A stretch of DNA of 64,000 nucleotides, taken from Abditibacterium sp. (lineage in GTDB: Bacteria > Armatimonadota > Abditibacteriia > Abditibacteriales > Abditibacteriaceae). Positions 10,656 through 20,387 of the stretch are shown here, piece by piece. The stretch's first letter is position 1. Each line of letters opens with the position of its first letter. The stretch lies in contig CBDASK010000003.1 in assembly GCA_965199495.1 (NCBI GenBank), positions 1,760,001-1,824,000 on the forward strand. Reading direction: 5' to 3'. Both the position numbers and the translations under genes were made by a program. The notes under the pieces were generated by a model. The model had not been told where the DNA came from. It saw only the letters and a program-made list of their open reading frames with translations, and ran no database searches.

Positions 10656-10976
10656 TTAGCGCAACGGCTCGCCAGACTCGATCTCTTTTTGGTCGGATTC
10701 GGAACGATAGGTTTTAAGCGGCCAGTAATCGGGCAGAGCTTCGCGCAAGGCATCGCTAATCGCTAAATCCCATTGGCGCGAAAGTTCACGAAAACGCGGC
10801 GTGTCGCTGATGCCGTCTTGCAGCACGAAAGTGACGTGGACGAGCGGGTCGCCCTGCCAGCCAGTTCGTGGCTGCGATGTCCAGCGAATAATATCGTCGG
10901 GCAAATTCAAGGCAGTCAAAGTTTCGTCCACGCGGCGCCCGATTTCTTCGAGCGATAATAATTTGGTTTCGAGCAT
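10656..10976 (-). CDS. Small protein coupled to the HEPN gene, putative degenerate MNT-like antitoxin
   Basis: Ends 4 nt before the HEPN start; GDPLVHVTFVL..WPLKTYRSESD. Confidence 0.55.
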   Translation of the reverse strand: MLETKLLSLEEIGRRVDETLTALNLPDDIIRWTSQPRTGWQGDPLVHVTFVLQDGISDTPRFRELSRQWDLAISDALREALPDYWPLKTYRSESDQKEIESGEPLR

Positions 10977-11041
10977 AACTTCAGTTTCCTCCAAAACGAA
11001 CAAAGGCGCTCGCGAATTCGCGAGCGCCTTTGTTGACAAAA

Positions 11042-12478
11042 TTAAGCCAACTTGCCGCTTAAATCGTATTCGTTGCAGCCGGTGATACGGACGCGAACGA
11101 ACGAGCCGGGCGGGTTTTCGCGGCGTTCGCGCGGCGACATTTTGACCCAGACGTTGCCATCCACTTCGGGCGCGTCGCGCTCGGCGCGGCCCATCGTGCC
11201 GCCGGGCTTTTCGGTTTCCAGCAAAACTTCCAAAGTCTGGCCGATGAAGCCGCGATTCTTTTGCAGCGAGACTTTCTGCTGCAATTTCTGCAACTCGTGA
11301 TAACGTTTTTCGATAACGTCTTGTGGCACTTTACAGTCGAGTCCAAACGACAGGGCGGAGTCTTCGTCGGAGAATTTGAAAACGCCGATGCGGTCGAACT
11401 TTTGCGCTTTAACGAACGCGCAGAGTTCGGCGAAATGTTCGTCGGTTTCGCCGGGAAAGCCGACGATGAACGATGTGCGAATGCCAATGCCGGGCGCTTG
11501 TTCGCGGAATTTATCCAGTAATTTCGCATACGATTCGGCATTGCCGCCGCGCCGCATCCGTTTCAACACGCCCTGCGCGGCGTGTTGAAGCGGAATATCC
11601 AAGTAGCGCGCGATGCGCGGCGCCGTGCATAAGGCTTCGATAAATTCGTCGTTGACCTGCGACGGATACGCATACAAAACGCGAATCCACTTCAGTTCTT
11701 CGACCTGCGACAAGGCTTGCAGCAAATCGCCCAGCGCCATTTTGCCGTAGCGGTCGAAGCCGTAGCGCGTCGAATCTTGCGCGACCAAGACGACTTCGCG
11801 CACGCCCGACGCGGCCAATTGGCGCGCCTCGGTCACGATGGATTCGATGGGCCGCGAACGAAACGGCCCGCGCAGTTGCGGAATAATACAAAACGAACAC
11901 GAATGATCGCAGCCCTCGGCGATTTTGATATAGGCGCTCCACGGCGGCGTGGCTCGCACGCGCGGGGTGGCGTGATCGTAAACGTAAGTATGCGCCGCCG
12001 TCGGCGTTACGTTAAGTTGAATCAAACCTCCATTGTCAATGCCGCTCGGCGCCACGAACGCGCCTTTGATTTTGGGTTTGAGCGCCGCATCAACGGCGCC
12101 GACGATGGCGCCGAAATCGGAGCTACCCAGAATCGCGTCAACGCCGGGCGCGCGGTCTTTGATGATTTGCGCGTCGCGTTGCGGCAAACAACCTGTCGCC
12201 ACAACCGCGCGGCATTTGCCCGACGTTTTGTGCGCGGCCATATCGTTGAGCGTTTGCAAACTCTCTTCGACCGCCGCGCCCAAAAAGCCGCAGGTATTGA
12301 CGATAATCGCGTCGGCATCAGCCACGTCGCCAGTGATGCGGTAGCCCGCGCCCTGCAATAAGCCGAGCATAACTTCGCTGTCAACCAAATTTTTCGAGCA
12401 ACCCAGCGAAACTAAGCCGACGGATTTTGCTTCTATATGTGCGCTCGCGGGGAGCGCTTCCAATTCTAATACGGACAT
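11042..12478 (-). CDS. rimO: Ribosomal protein S12 methylthiotransferase
   Basis: SLGCSKNLVDSE, NTCGF, AEGCDHSCSFCIIP, DAPEVDG, TRAM C-terminus. Confidence 0.95.
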   Translation of the reverse strand: MSVLELEALPASAHIEAKSVGLVSLGCSKNLVDSEVMLGLLQGAGYRITGDVADADAIIVNTCGFLGAAVEESLQTLNDMAAHKTSGKCRAVVATGCLPQRDAQIIKDRAPGVDAILGSSDFGAIVGAVDAALKPKIKGAFVAPSGIDNGGLIQLNVTPTAAHTYVYDHATPRVRATPPWSAYIKIAEGCDHSCSFCIIPQLRGPFRSRPIESIVTEARQLAASGVREVVLVAQDSTRYGFDRYGKMALGDLLQALSQVEELKWIRVLYAYPSQVNDEFIEALCTAPRIARYLDIPLQHAAQGVLKRMRRGGNAESYAKLLDKFREQAPGIGIRTSFIVGFPGETDEHFAELCAFVKAQKFDRIGVFKFSDEDSALSFGLDCKVPQDVIEKRYHELQKLQQKVSLQKNRGFIGQTLEVLLETEKPGGTMGRAERDAPEVDGNVWVKMSPRERRENPPGSFVRVRITGCNEYDLSGKLA

Positions 12479-12643
12479 TTGAGACACAGTTTGACGCCTT
12501 GGGCGCGCAAGGTGTCCCAATGGCGTCTAATTTCAAAATTTTACTATGGCAATTCCGTTGCTACATAAAGTTTCGTGGCGGCGAGGTTAGCCCAGAAAGC
12601 GAAACCGAAGTGCCCGCCTCAAAATTTAGGAGAATAAATACCC

Positions 12644-12808
12644 ATGATGAAACAATTTTTGCAGGAAGAAGAGGGCCAGACCCTCGTTGAATACGGCTTG
12701 CTGATCTCTTTGATCGCCTTAGTCGTCATCGCTGTTTTGACGCTCTTGGGCGGCAAAATCAAAGGTGTCTTCGGCACCGCGTCCAACTCCATCGTTACCA
12801 CCACCTAA
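12644..12808 (+). CDS. flp: Flp/type IVb pilin (not in ORF track)
   Basis: MMKQFLQEEEGQTLVEYGLLISLIALVVIAVLTLLGGKIKGVFGTASNSIVTTT; aggag RBS. Confidence 0.93.
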   Translation: MMKQFLQEEEGQTLVEYGLLISLIALVVIAVLTLLGGKIKGVFGTASNSIVTTT

Positions 12809-12819
12809 TCGGATCGAAC

Positions 12820-12867
12820 AAAAAGTAAGACCTTCGTTACGTATCGCGACGAAGGTCTTACTTTTTT
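12820..12867 (+). terminator. Strong bidirectional terminator after flp1
   Basis: aaaaagtaagaccttcgt ... acgaaggtcttactttttt. Confidence 0.85.
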
Positions 12868-13051
12868 GAATATTAAGCGTCTTTGGCAACTTTGATGAAT
12901 AGTATTACATTTGAGAGAAAGTGTAAGTTGGCGGCAACGACATCACAAAAAACGTCGAACTATGGAAACCTATTTCAATAGGATATATAGCGTCCGCACA
13001 CTGCATTGCGTCCAAGTTCTCTGAGGCGTAATGGCGGGAGGTGAACACATC

Positions 13052-13228
13052 ATGTTATATAAATTTTTAAAGGAAGAAGAGGGGCAAACGCTGGTGGAAT
13101 ATGGAATGTTGATCTCTCTGATTGCTCTGGTTGTCATTGCGGCGGTCACGGTCTTTGGCAGCAAAGTGGCCAACATGTGGGGCGGCAATGCCGAGAAATT
13201 CCCCGATCCGCCGCCCGAACTGCGTTGA
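13052..13228 (+). CDS. flp: Second Flp/type IVb pilin
   Basis: MLYKFLKEEEGQTLVEYGMLISLIALVVI; ggaggtg RBS. Confidence 0.93.
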   Translation: MLYKFLKEEEGQTLVEYGMLISLIALVVIAAVTVFGSKVANMWGGNAEKFPDPPPELR

Positions 13229-13290
13229 GGTTGAGTTCGCTCGCCAAATTCTCAGATTTCGCGTGACATATTGTGATTGACTGGGCGTCC

Positions 13291-15417
13291 ATGAATCTTC
13301 ACCGGGAACGCGCGCTCATCTGGTGGGGCGTCGCCGTGCCGTGCCTCGTTTTGATGCTCTGCCTGTTGTCGCCGACGGTAACGCGTGGCGGCGATTGCGG
13401 CGAACTCACCGCCGCGTCTTATACGCTGGGCATCGCGCATCCTTCGGGCTATCCGGTGTGGTGTCTGATTGGGCGCATTTTCGCGCTCATTCCCATCGGC
13501 GAAATCGGCTGGCGCTACAACCTGTTTTCTGCCGTTAGCGGTTCCCTCGCCACCGGCACCATCGCGCTGTGCGTTCATCGCTTGATAATAGCGAATTTCG
13601 CGCGCCAACCAGAACATAAATTACCAAACAATTCGACCGACGCCGTTGTCGCGCGTTGGTCGGCTTTGGGCGCGGGTTGGCTGTTGTCCGGCTTTTTCTA
13701 TGTCGGCACGCAGTTTCTCATCTCCGAGGTTTACGCCCTCGCCGCGCTGATGGGCGCGTTGTTGCTTTATTTCGCCATCGCCTGGCATCAAGACAACAAC
13801 TGGCGCGACGCTTATACCCTCGCGATTTTGGCCGGATTGGTTCCGGTTGTTCACTTATCGGGCGTCTTCTTCCTGCCGTTTTTGTTCGCTCTGGCCGTCT
13901 GGAAACGCGGACTGACCGCGCGCCACTACGCGCGCGTGGCTGCGTTCTTCATCTGCGCGCTGTTGCCAATTCTTTATTTGCCGATTCGCAGCGCGCAGTT
14001 CCCGGCGCCGCCGCCCACGACGATTGATAGTTCCTATTATTGGCCGCTCGATTGGTCGCATCCGGCGACGTTGGCGGGTCTAAAGCAGCACGTCACGGCG
14101 GCGCAATACCGGCGATTGCTGATGGAAAACACGACCGAAGTCGTGAACGGCCAAACCGTCGTCGTTAAGCATCTGGCGCAACCTCTCTCCGATATTCCGG
14201 GGCGCCTGCACGAATTAGGGATGTTCGTGGCACTTCAATATCTGTGGGCGACGCCGCTACTTTTCGTCGGTCTATGGCGTTCGTTCGCCGATAAACGCGT
14301 GGGCTGGGCGCTATCGCTCATTTTCCTTAGTAATCTGGCGACGCAAATTAATTATAAAGTTTCCGATCAATCGAATTTTTTCTTTCCGTGTTATTTGGTG
14401 ATGGCGCTGTGGATGGGTTTGGGATTGAGCGTGTTTTTGGGATGGATGTGGCGACGCGGCGGCATGGCGCGCGCCGCCGCGCCTTTGTTGGTTTTAGCGA
14501 CAGTCGGAGTGCAATGGGCGCTCTTTGCGCCGCCCGCTTCGCAACGAGGCGTGACACGCGTGCGCGACAGCGCCGTGCAGCAGGCGCGCGTCGCGCAAGC
14601 GGCTTCGCTAGACGGCAAACGTCCGGCGACGATTCTGTTTCATTCCGACGATGCGTTGTGGGCGTTCTGGTATGCCAAATTCGTCCTGAAACTGGCGCCC
14701 GATGTAGCCACGCCGTGGGGCCGCTTGGTTTTCCAACGCGCCCTCGATAACAATAACGCGCATCAATACGTCGAACAGTTGAAGCGGAGCGGCCCGGTTT
14801 TCGTCAACAGTTGGGACGCGGGCACCGATGCGCGTTTCCCTCTCCAAATGGTCACGCCATCGGGCGATTTGTTGCGCGCCACCGACCGCAAATTGCCCTT
14901 GCCCGCGCAACTCGCGCCCGCGACAAACGCGCCCAAAAGCACGCCCGGCCCACGCGGTTTGGAGCGCGCGCGCTTTCGGCGTATGGAATTGTGGAATAAC
15001 GGAGAAAGCGCCACAGCGCCCAATATTTCCATCGGTTCTCTGGCAGCGTTTGACGTGGATTTCCGCGTTCGGAATGACGAACTCAAAGCGAAGAACGAAG
15101 ATTACGTCGCCGGTCAAATCGAAGTTTTAATCGCGCCATTCGACACTTTTGCCAAGCGCGCCCCGGCGCCCGGCGAAAGCGCTCAGGCCGCGCAGGGTTT
15201 TAATGTCAATCGGATTTTGGTGACGCGCCAAAATCGCCGTTTGATATTGCCCGCCGCCGCCAAAGCGGGCGATCTTTATCGCATGAGCGTGCCCATCGAG
15301 CTAAACGCCGATAGCGTGGTGGGAAATTATCAGGTCTGGACGCGCATCCTCGCTCAGTCCAGCGATGCAGCCACGCCGTGGACATTGAGCGACGCAGTGT
15401 TTCTCACGCAACGATAA
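13291..15417 (+). CDS. DUF2723 (TMEM260-like GT-C) membrane glycosyltransferase
   Basis: PTVTRGGDCGELTAASYTLGIAHPSGYPVW, ISEVYAL, many TM helices. Confidence 0.85.
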   Translation: MNLHRERALIWWGVAVPCLVLMLCLLSPTVTRGGDCGELTAASYTLGIAHPSGYPVWCLIGRIFALIPIGEIGWRYNLFSAVSGSLATGTIALCVHRLIIANFARQPEHKLPNNSTDAVVARWSALGAGWLLSGFFYVGTQFLISEVYALAALMGALLLYFAIAWHQDNNWRDAYTLAILAGLVPVVHLSGVFFLPFLFALAVWKRGLTARHYARVAAFFICALLPILYLPIRSAQFPAPPPTTIDSSYYWPLDWSHPATLAGLKQHVTAAQYRRLLMENTTEVVNGQTVVVKHLAQPLSDIPGRLHELGMFVALQYLWATPLLFVGLWRSFADKRVGWALSLIFLSNLATQINYKVSDQSNFFFPCYLVMALWMGLGLSVFLGWMWRRGGMARAAAPLLVLATVGVQWALFAPPASQRGVTRVRDSAVQQARVAQAASLDGKRPATILFHSDDALWAFWYAKFVLKLAPDVATPWGRLVFQRALDNNNAHQYVEQLKRSGPVFVNSWDAGTDARFPLQMVTPSGDLLRATDRKLPLPAQLAPATNAPKSTPGPRGLERARFRRMELWNNGESATAPNISIGSLAAFDVDFRVRNDELKAKNEDYVAGQIEVLIAPFDTFAKRAPAPGESAQAAQGFNVNRILVTRQNRRLILPAAAKAGDLYRMSVPIELNADSVVGNYQVWTRILAQSSDAATPWTLSDAVFLTQR

Positions 15418-15440
15418 ATAGAGACATTTGGTGGGGCCAA

Positions 15441-16034
15441 TTAGCAATCGAACCAGTTTTGCCACTTCTCCTGCGTCCACATCGGCAATCCTACCTGCTC
15501 GCAGACGCGGATGGTATGCGCGGTGCCGCCGTTGTTGGGTTTGAGCGGATTGATCCAGAACAAACCCACGTTCGCCGGCGCGAAACCGGCGTTATCGTCG
15601 CCGGTAATTTTGAGCGTATCGCGCAACAGGTATTTGACTTTGGCCGCCGAAGCGTTGATGGAGCGCGCGCTAAAGAGACTCTGATAAATCGGCGAGGCGA
15701 GCAACGTCAGGCGGCTCAAATCGGCGTCGTCTTCGATGTCGTCGAGCGACAGGGCGCGCACGCCATCGGGGCGCTCGGACAAGCGATGGCGCGCGTAGGG
15801 CACCACAATTTCCAAGCGCGAGACATCGACATTGGCCACACCGCGCGCGAACGCCTGATCGCTGCCCGGAGCGTTGCCCGACCGGAAAATCGCGTCGGGA
15901 AAGCGCTCGGCCAATTGAGCCGCGAACTCTTCAACGCGCGGCGCGGCATCCGTTCCTAAAGCTCGCGTGCCCTCCAACAAAATAACGGGGCGCACCTGAG
16001 CTTCAACAGCAAGGGAAAATTCGGATGGAATCAT
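15441..16034 (-). CDS. SLOG/DprA-like Rossmann-fold protein
   Basis: LLEGTR, FRSGNAPGSDQAFARG, GGTAHTIRVC. Confidence 0.7.
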   Translation of the reverse strand: MIPSEFSLAVEAQVRPVILLEGTRALGTDAAPRVEEFAAQLAERFPDAIFRSGNAPGSDQAFARGVANVDVSRLEIVVPYARHRLSERPDGVRALSLDDIEDDADLSRLTLLASPIYQSLFSARSINASAAKVKYLLRDTLKITGDDNAGFAPANVGLFWINPLKPNNGGTAHTIRVCEQVGLPMWTQEKWQNWFDC

Positions 16035-16197
16035 AAACACGAATTGGCATTCGCCCGGCGCTTCAGCAAATTTTGAAACCTGACGCGTTGCTTTTTATAA
16101 GTATGGCTGTTGAATGCCCTGCAATTGCGTTTAATTTAAATAACAAATGTTTGTGTTACGTTGCAAAATCACACTTGCGCCCGAAATTTGACCCTTC

Positions 16198-16815
16198 TTA
16201 AATTATCTCATTTATTTTTTGAGCTAATTGTTTGACCGCGCGCGCCCGATGCGAAACGCCCGCTTTAATTTCGGGCGCGACTTCACCCATCGTGTGCCCA
16301 ACCCATTGCGCATCGGCGCCGGTGGCTAATGTGATCTCGAAGATCGGGTCATAGCCGAAACCGCCTTCGCCCTTAGTTTCCAAATGAATCGCGCCCTCGC
16401 ACACGCCTTCGGTTTCGAGCATGGCATTAAGATTACGCGGGTCGAACAAGCACAATGCGCACCGATAACGCGCGCCGCGATGTTCTTCGGGCACGCCTTC
16501 CAATTCTCGCAACAATGCTATCGTGCGGTCGGCATCGGAACCGGCGGCCCAGCGCGCCGAATGAATGCCGGGCGCGCCGTCCAAAGCGTCAACTTCCAGA
16601 CCGGAGTCGTCGGCCAGCACGCATTTGCCGAAATGTTGCGCGTAAAACTCGGCTTTGATGCGCGCGTTGGCTCGCATCGAATCGCCATCTTCTTCGGGCG
16701 CCTCAGTCGCCGGATATTGCGCGAGCGTTTCGAGGTGTAAATCGGGCAAATCGCGCAGCAGTTCGGCGATTTCTGCGGCTTTATGTTGGCTGGTCGTGGC
16801 GAGTAAAATTGTCAT
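16198..16815 (-). CDS. rdgB: Non-canonical purine NTP pyrophosphatase (Ham1)
   Basis: LATTSQHK, LADDSGLEVDALDGAPGIHSAR, GFGYDPIF, SHRARA. Confidence 0.95.
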   Translation of the reverse strand: MTILLATTSQHKAAEIAELLRDLPDLHLETLAQYPATEAPEEDGDSMRANARIKAEFYAQHFGKCVLADDSGLEVDALDGAPGIHSARWAAGSDADRTIALLRELEGVPEEHRGARYRCALCLFDPRNLNAMLETEGVCEGAIHLETKGEGGFGYDPIFEITLATGADAQWVGHTMGEVAPEIKAGVSHRARAVKQLAQKINEII

Positions 16816-16842
16816 CGCCCAGTAGTTTGCCCGTTTGTCCCA

Positions 16843-17028
16843 CCCGCCAAGGCACAATATCAAATCGCCGAGTTGTGGCGCCAGGAGTATCAGCCGCCGT
16901 AAGCAGCCACGCCGACCCCAATTGACCAAGAACCGTTTATCGAAATGTGGAGCGACCGCAAAAATTCATTCGACAGCTCACAAGCCATTCGCAATATGCG
17001 CAAATCCAAATGGGGCGAAAAGTCGTAA
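16843..17028 (+). pseudogene. Decayed DUF2281-like antitoxin, paralogue of 20388..20630
   Basis: PAKAQYQIAELWRQEYQPP*AATPTPIDQEPFIEMWSDRKNSFDSSQAIRNMRKSKWGE; internal stop, no start. Confidence 0.75.
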
Positions 17029-17108
17029 CGCTGGTTGACACCGATATTTTGATTGACGCGGCGCGCGGCATCCAAGACGCCGTTGATTATAAAGCAGGAC
17101 ATCTCTAA
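17010..17108 (+). pseudogene. Truncated VapC/PIN toxin N-terminus
   Basis: MGRKVVTLVDTDILIDAARGIQDAVDY then stop after 32 aa. Confidence 0.75.
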
Positions 17109-17137
17109 TCCGAATACGTTGAGTAAGAATGAAAGGC

Positions 17138-17270
17138 ATGGGCAAATGGCTCGCGTTCGGTTGGTATGGCGGCAAATATAGTCATCTTGATTGAATCTGC
17201 CGCTCTTGCCGCCGTCTCAGCATTTTTGTGATGTTTTCGGTGGCTCGGCTGGCGTATTAATCAATCGCTC
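17138..17270 (+). pseudogene. DNA adenine methylase (Dam/D12 class) N-terminal remnant
   Basis: MGKWLAFGWYGGKYSHLD* then frameshift to LPLLPPSQHFCDVFGGSAGVLINRS. Confidence 0.8.
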
Positions 17271-18236
17271 CCAGTTGCCCGACGCGATTTTGATTTTGTC
17301 GTCGTCGCTCAAATTCGCGTTTTCCAGAAAGCGGCGCGGCGCGTCGTCGCCAGAGTAAACGTAGGGATAATCGGTCGAATAGAGAATCCGTTCGACGCCC
17401 AAAACTTCGATGGCCCACGCGAGATAACGCTCGCTCCAAATGCCGCTCGGCGTGACAGAAACGTTGGTGCGAAAATAATCGGCGACCGGACGCTCCAAGT
17501 TTTTGGCGGCCCGCGACATCCGATCAATGCGCTCCAAATAAAATAACACGACTTCGCCCCAATGCCCGGTGATGATTTGCAAATCGGGAAAACGGTCGAA
17601 AACACCCGACAAAACCAGCCGCAAAATCTGAATGCCGGTTTCGTAATGCCAACCGATGCCAGCCGTGGCGAACATCGGGTCTAACTCGCCAAAGCCGGAA
17701 TAATAAGCGTCGCGAACGCCTTCAACCGGACATTGCGGATGAACGTAAAGCGGCGCGCCCAAACGCGCGGCGGTCTGGTAAATCGGGAAATAGCGCGCGT
17801 CGTCCATGTTGATTTCGCGCGTGCGCCCGCACAGCATGGCGCCCTGCATTCCCAGTTCGCCAATCGCGCGTTCGAGTTCGCGCGCGGCTTCTTCGGGCGC
17901 GGGCGTCGGCAAAGTCGCAAACGCCTGAAAGCGGTCGGGATGCGCCCCGACCGCACGAGCAGCCACGTCGTTGGCCGCGCGCGCCAATTCGACGGCTTGC
18001 GACGCTTCCATATTCTGCGTGCCCGGCGTGGTTAATGATAAAACCTGCACGTCCACGCCGCTTTTGTCCATCGCCTGAATGCGCGTTTGGGCGAGGTCTT
18101 GCAACCGATTTTCGATTTCGTCTTTGCCGGGGCCAAACATTTTGTTGCTCACGTCCTGAAATTGCGGGGCGAGTTTGGCCCACGCATCGTTGATTTCGGG
18201 CGTGCTGTAATGCTCTTCAAGCGCGATAATTTTCAT
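17217..18236 (-). CDS. Amidohydrolase_2 family decarboxylase (resorcylate/ACMSD-like)
   Basis: IIALEEH, LYVHP, IITGHWGE, ILYSTDYPY. Confidence 0.9.
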   Translation of the reverse strand: MKIIALEEHYSTPEINDAWAKLAPQFQDVSNKMFGPGKDEIENRLQDLAQTRIQAMDKSGVDVQVLSLTTPGTQNMEASQAVELARAANDVAARAVGAHPDRFQAFATLPTPAPEEAARELERAIGELGMQGAMLCGRTREINMDDARYFPIYQTAARLGAPLYVHPQCPVEGVRDAYYSGFGELDPMFATAGIGWHYETGIQILRLVLSGVFDRFPDLQIITGHWGEVVLFYLERIDRMSRAAKNLERPVADYFRTNVSVTPSGIWSERYLAWAIEVLGVERILYSTDYPYVYSGDDAPRRFLENANLSDDDKIKIASGNWERLINTPAEPPKTSQKC

Positions 18237-18347
18237 GGCGTCGCGCCTTGTTCTCAAATTCGAGACCGCACAAGACGACGCGCGCCCTGAAAATTCACAG
18301 GTATTGAAATCCCAACTTTGGATGGTCTCTTTTAAACTACTTTTAAG

Positions 18348-18551
18348 ATGAATTTAAGCAAAGTTTTCCGGCAGATTAAATTTCAAACTCTGGTCGGTTG
18401 GACGGCGGGTTACGTGGCGGGCATCGTCTTCAACGTGATTTTAAAGGGCAAATTCGACAATCGTTTCTGGCTTTCGCTGGGCGCCGTTCTCATCGTGCGC
18501 ATCGCGGTTGATGTGGCGTTCGCCGTCAAAGACGCGCGCGAGGCGCGTTGA
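18348..18551 (+). CDS. Small two-TM membrane protein
   Basis: 67 aa with two hydrophobic segments. Confidence 0.55.
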   Translation: MNLSKVFRQIKFQTLVGWTAGYVAGIVFNVILKGKFDNRFWLSLGAVLIVRIAVDVAFAVKDAREAR

Positions 18552-18651
18552 AGCATCGGACAAATCGAGAATAGCGCGATTACGTTTACTCGTTCCAGCC
18601 AGCTCCAGCGCGCGTCCACCAACGCGGCGAACGAATCGAGATCGTGCGACA

Positions 18652-19560
18652 TCATTGCAAGCCTCCCAAAAACGCGCGTATCGCCTCGGCGATTGGCACG
18701 GCATGAGTTTCCAAAGCGAAGTGCCCGGTTTCCAAAAACTGCACCTGCGCATTGGGATTATCCCGCGAAAAACTTTCGGCTCCGGCGGGCAAAAAGAACG
18801 GATCGTTGCGCCCCCAAATCGCCAAAAGCGGCGGCTGATACTCGCGAAAATACGCATGGAACTGCGGGTAAAGCGCGACATTACTGCGGTAATCGAGGAA
18901 CAAATCGAGCTGCATTTCGGCGTTGTCCGCGCGCTCCAACAAAGCCTGATCGAGCGTGTAACTTTCGGGCGCGATTTGCGTTTCGTCGGGCGTGCCGTGC
19001 GTGTATTGCCAACGCGTTGTCTGCGGTTGCAAAAACGCGCGCAACGCCTGACGATTGGCGTCGCTCGGCTCCTCCCAATAGGCGCGAATCGGATTCCATC
19101 CCTCGCTAAGTCCTTCCTCGTAAGCGTTGCCGTTTTGCGAGATAATCGCGCGAACTCTTTGCGGATGCGCCATCGCCAACCGGAAACCAACCGGCGCACC
19201 GTAATCGAAAACATAAAGCGCGAACCTGTCGAGTTCCAGAGCGCGCACAAATGCCTCGGTCACGCGGGTCAACTCCTCGAAAGTCAGCGCCGGTTGGCCC
19301 GCGCGCTCGATTTCGGTAAAGCCAAAACCCGGCAAGTCGGGCGCGATGACGCGGAATTCGCTCGACAGAAGCGGCATCAAATGGCGGAACATATGCGACG
19401 AAGTCGGAAAGCCGTGCAACAACAGCAAAACCGGCGCATCCGAGGCGCCCGCCTCGCGGTAAAACACTTTGGCGCCCTCGACTTCGATGGTGCCAAAGCG
19501 CACGCGTTGCGAAGCAGGACTTGCCTGCTTCGAGTCAAAATTCTCTTTTGGTGTGTTCAT
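18652..19560 (-). CDS. Alpha/beta hydrolase (epoxide hydrolase/dehalogenase-like)
   Basis: LLHGFPTSS, APDLPGFG, FDYGAP, GHFALE. Confidence 0.92.
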   Translation of the reverse strand: MNTPKENFDSKQASPASQRVRFGTIEVEGAKVFYREAGASDAPVLLLLHGFPTSSHMFRHLMPLLSSEFRVIAPDLPGFGFTEIERAGQPALTFEELTRVTEAFVRALELDRFALYVFDYGAPVGFRLAMAHPQRVRAIISQNGNAYEEGLSEGWNPIRAYWEEPSDANRQALRAFLQPQTTRWQYTHGTPDETQIAPESYTLDQALLERADNAEMQLDLFLDYRSNVALYPQFHAYFREYQPPLLAIWGRNDPFFLPAGAESFSRDNPNAQVQFLETGHFALETHAVPIAEAIRAFLGGLQ

Positions 19561-19669
19561 GATTCTCTGGGTTCCTCGCGGCCTTTGTAACCGTCTAATC
19601 AGCCGTTAGATAGAATTATACGATTCGTCGTGTAACCTGTCAATATAAATTTTGGAGGTTACGTAGAAT

Positions 19670-20281
19670 ATGGAAGAATTTGTTTACGTTGGCGAATCGC
19701 CCGCGCTTGATTTTGTGAACACGGAATCGGTGGAGTCGGGTCGTAGGCGCGATGATTTGTCGGGCTTTGGCGCCTTGGTAAGTTGGAGCGTGGGTGCGGG
19801 CCTGATAAGCGCGACAGAGGCGAGCGCGTTGTCTGCGTTCGATGGCACGGCTGAGGGCGAATCGGCGCTCCATTGCGCGCGCGAGTTGCGCGCGCAACTG
19901 CGCGGCGCGTTGCAACTGTTGGCGGCGGGGCAACGCATAGACGAGCGCGCGGTGCCTTTGGTCAACGCGTTGTTAAATTCGTGCGCCGGTCATTTGGCGT
20001 TGGAAGTGGCCGAAGCGGGCGCTCCATTTCGTTTGCGCTACACGATGTCCTTGTCTGACCCGATGCAGTTAGTCGCGCATATAGCCGAAAACGCGGCGCA
20101 ACTGCTGTGTTCGCAGGCATCGAGCCACATCAAAAAGTGCGAGAATCCGGCTTGCGTTTTGATGTTTCTCGATGTCAGCAAGAACAAGAAGCGGCGCTGG
20201 TGCAGCATGGCGATGTGCGGAAACCGCCACAAAGTCGCATCGCACCGCCGCCGCAAAGCGCAGGAGCAGAGTGGAATTTAA
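19670..20281 (+). CDS. ABATE/CGNR zinc-finger regulator
   Basis: ALDFVNT; CENPAC..FLDVSKNKKRRWCSMAMCGNR; divergent from the hydrolase. Confidence 0.92.
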   Translation: MEEFVYVGESPALDFVNTESVESGRRRDDLSGFGALVSWSVGAGLISATEASALSAFDGTAEGESALHCARELRAQLRGALQLLAAGQRIDERAVPLVNALLNSCAGHLALEVAEAGAPFRLRYTMSLSDPMQLVAHIAENAAQLLCSQASSHIKKCENPACVLMFLDVSKNKKRRWCSMAMCGNRHKVASHRRRKAQEQSGI

Positions 20282-20387
20282 AAGTTTGCAATTGGCATAG
20301 TTTCGACGCCGAAAGCGGCGTGGTTAATGGCCTTCATGTGCGCGATTGATATGATAAAATAAAATAAAGGAACAAAAGGAGAACACG

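Noticed and set aside
12570..12620. Possible riboswitch upstream of flp1 (ggcgg..ccgcc stem)
   Set aside because: I could not match it to c-di-GMP-I/II or another known consensus by eye. An Rfam search is needed.
18410..18655. 81-aa minus-strand ORF coupled to the hydrolase stop
   Set aside because: It overlaps the more plausible + strand membrane ORF. It could be a gene remnant, but no motif supports that.
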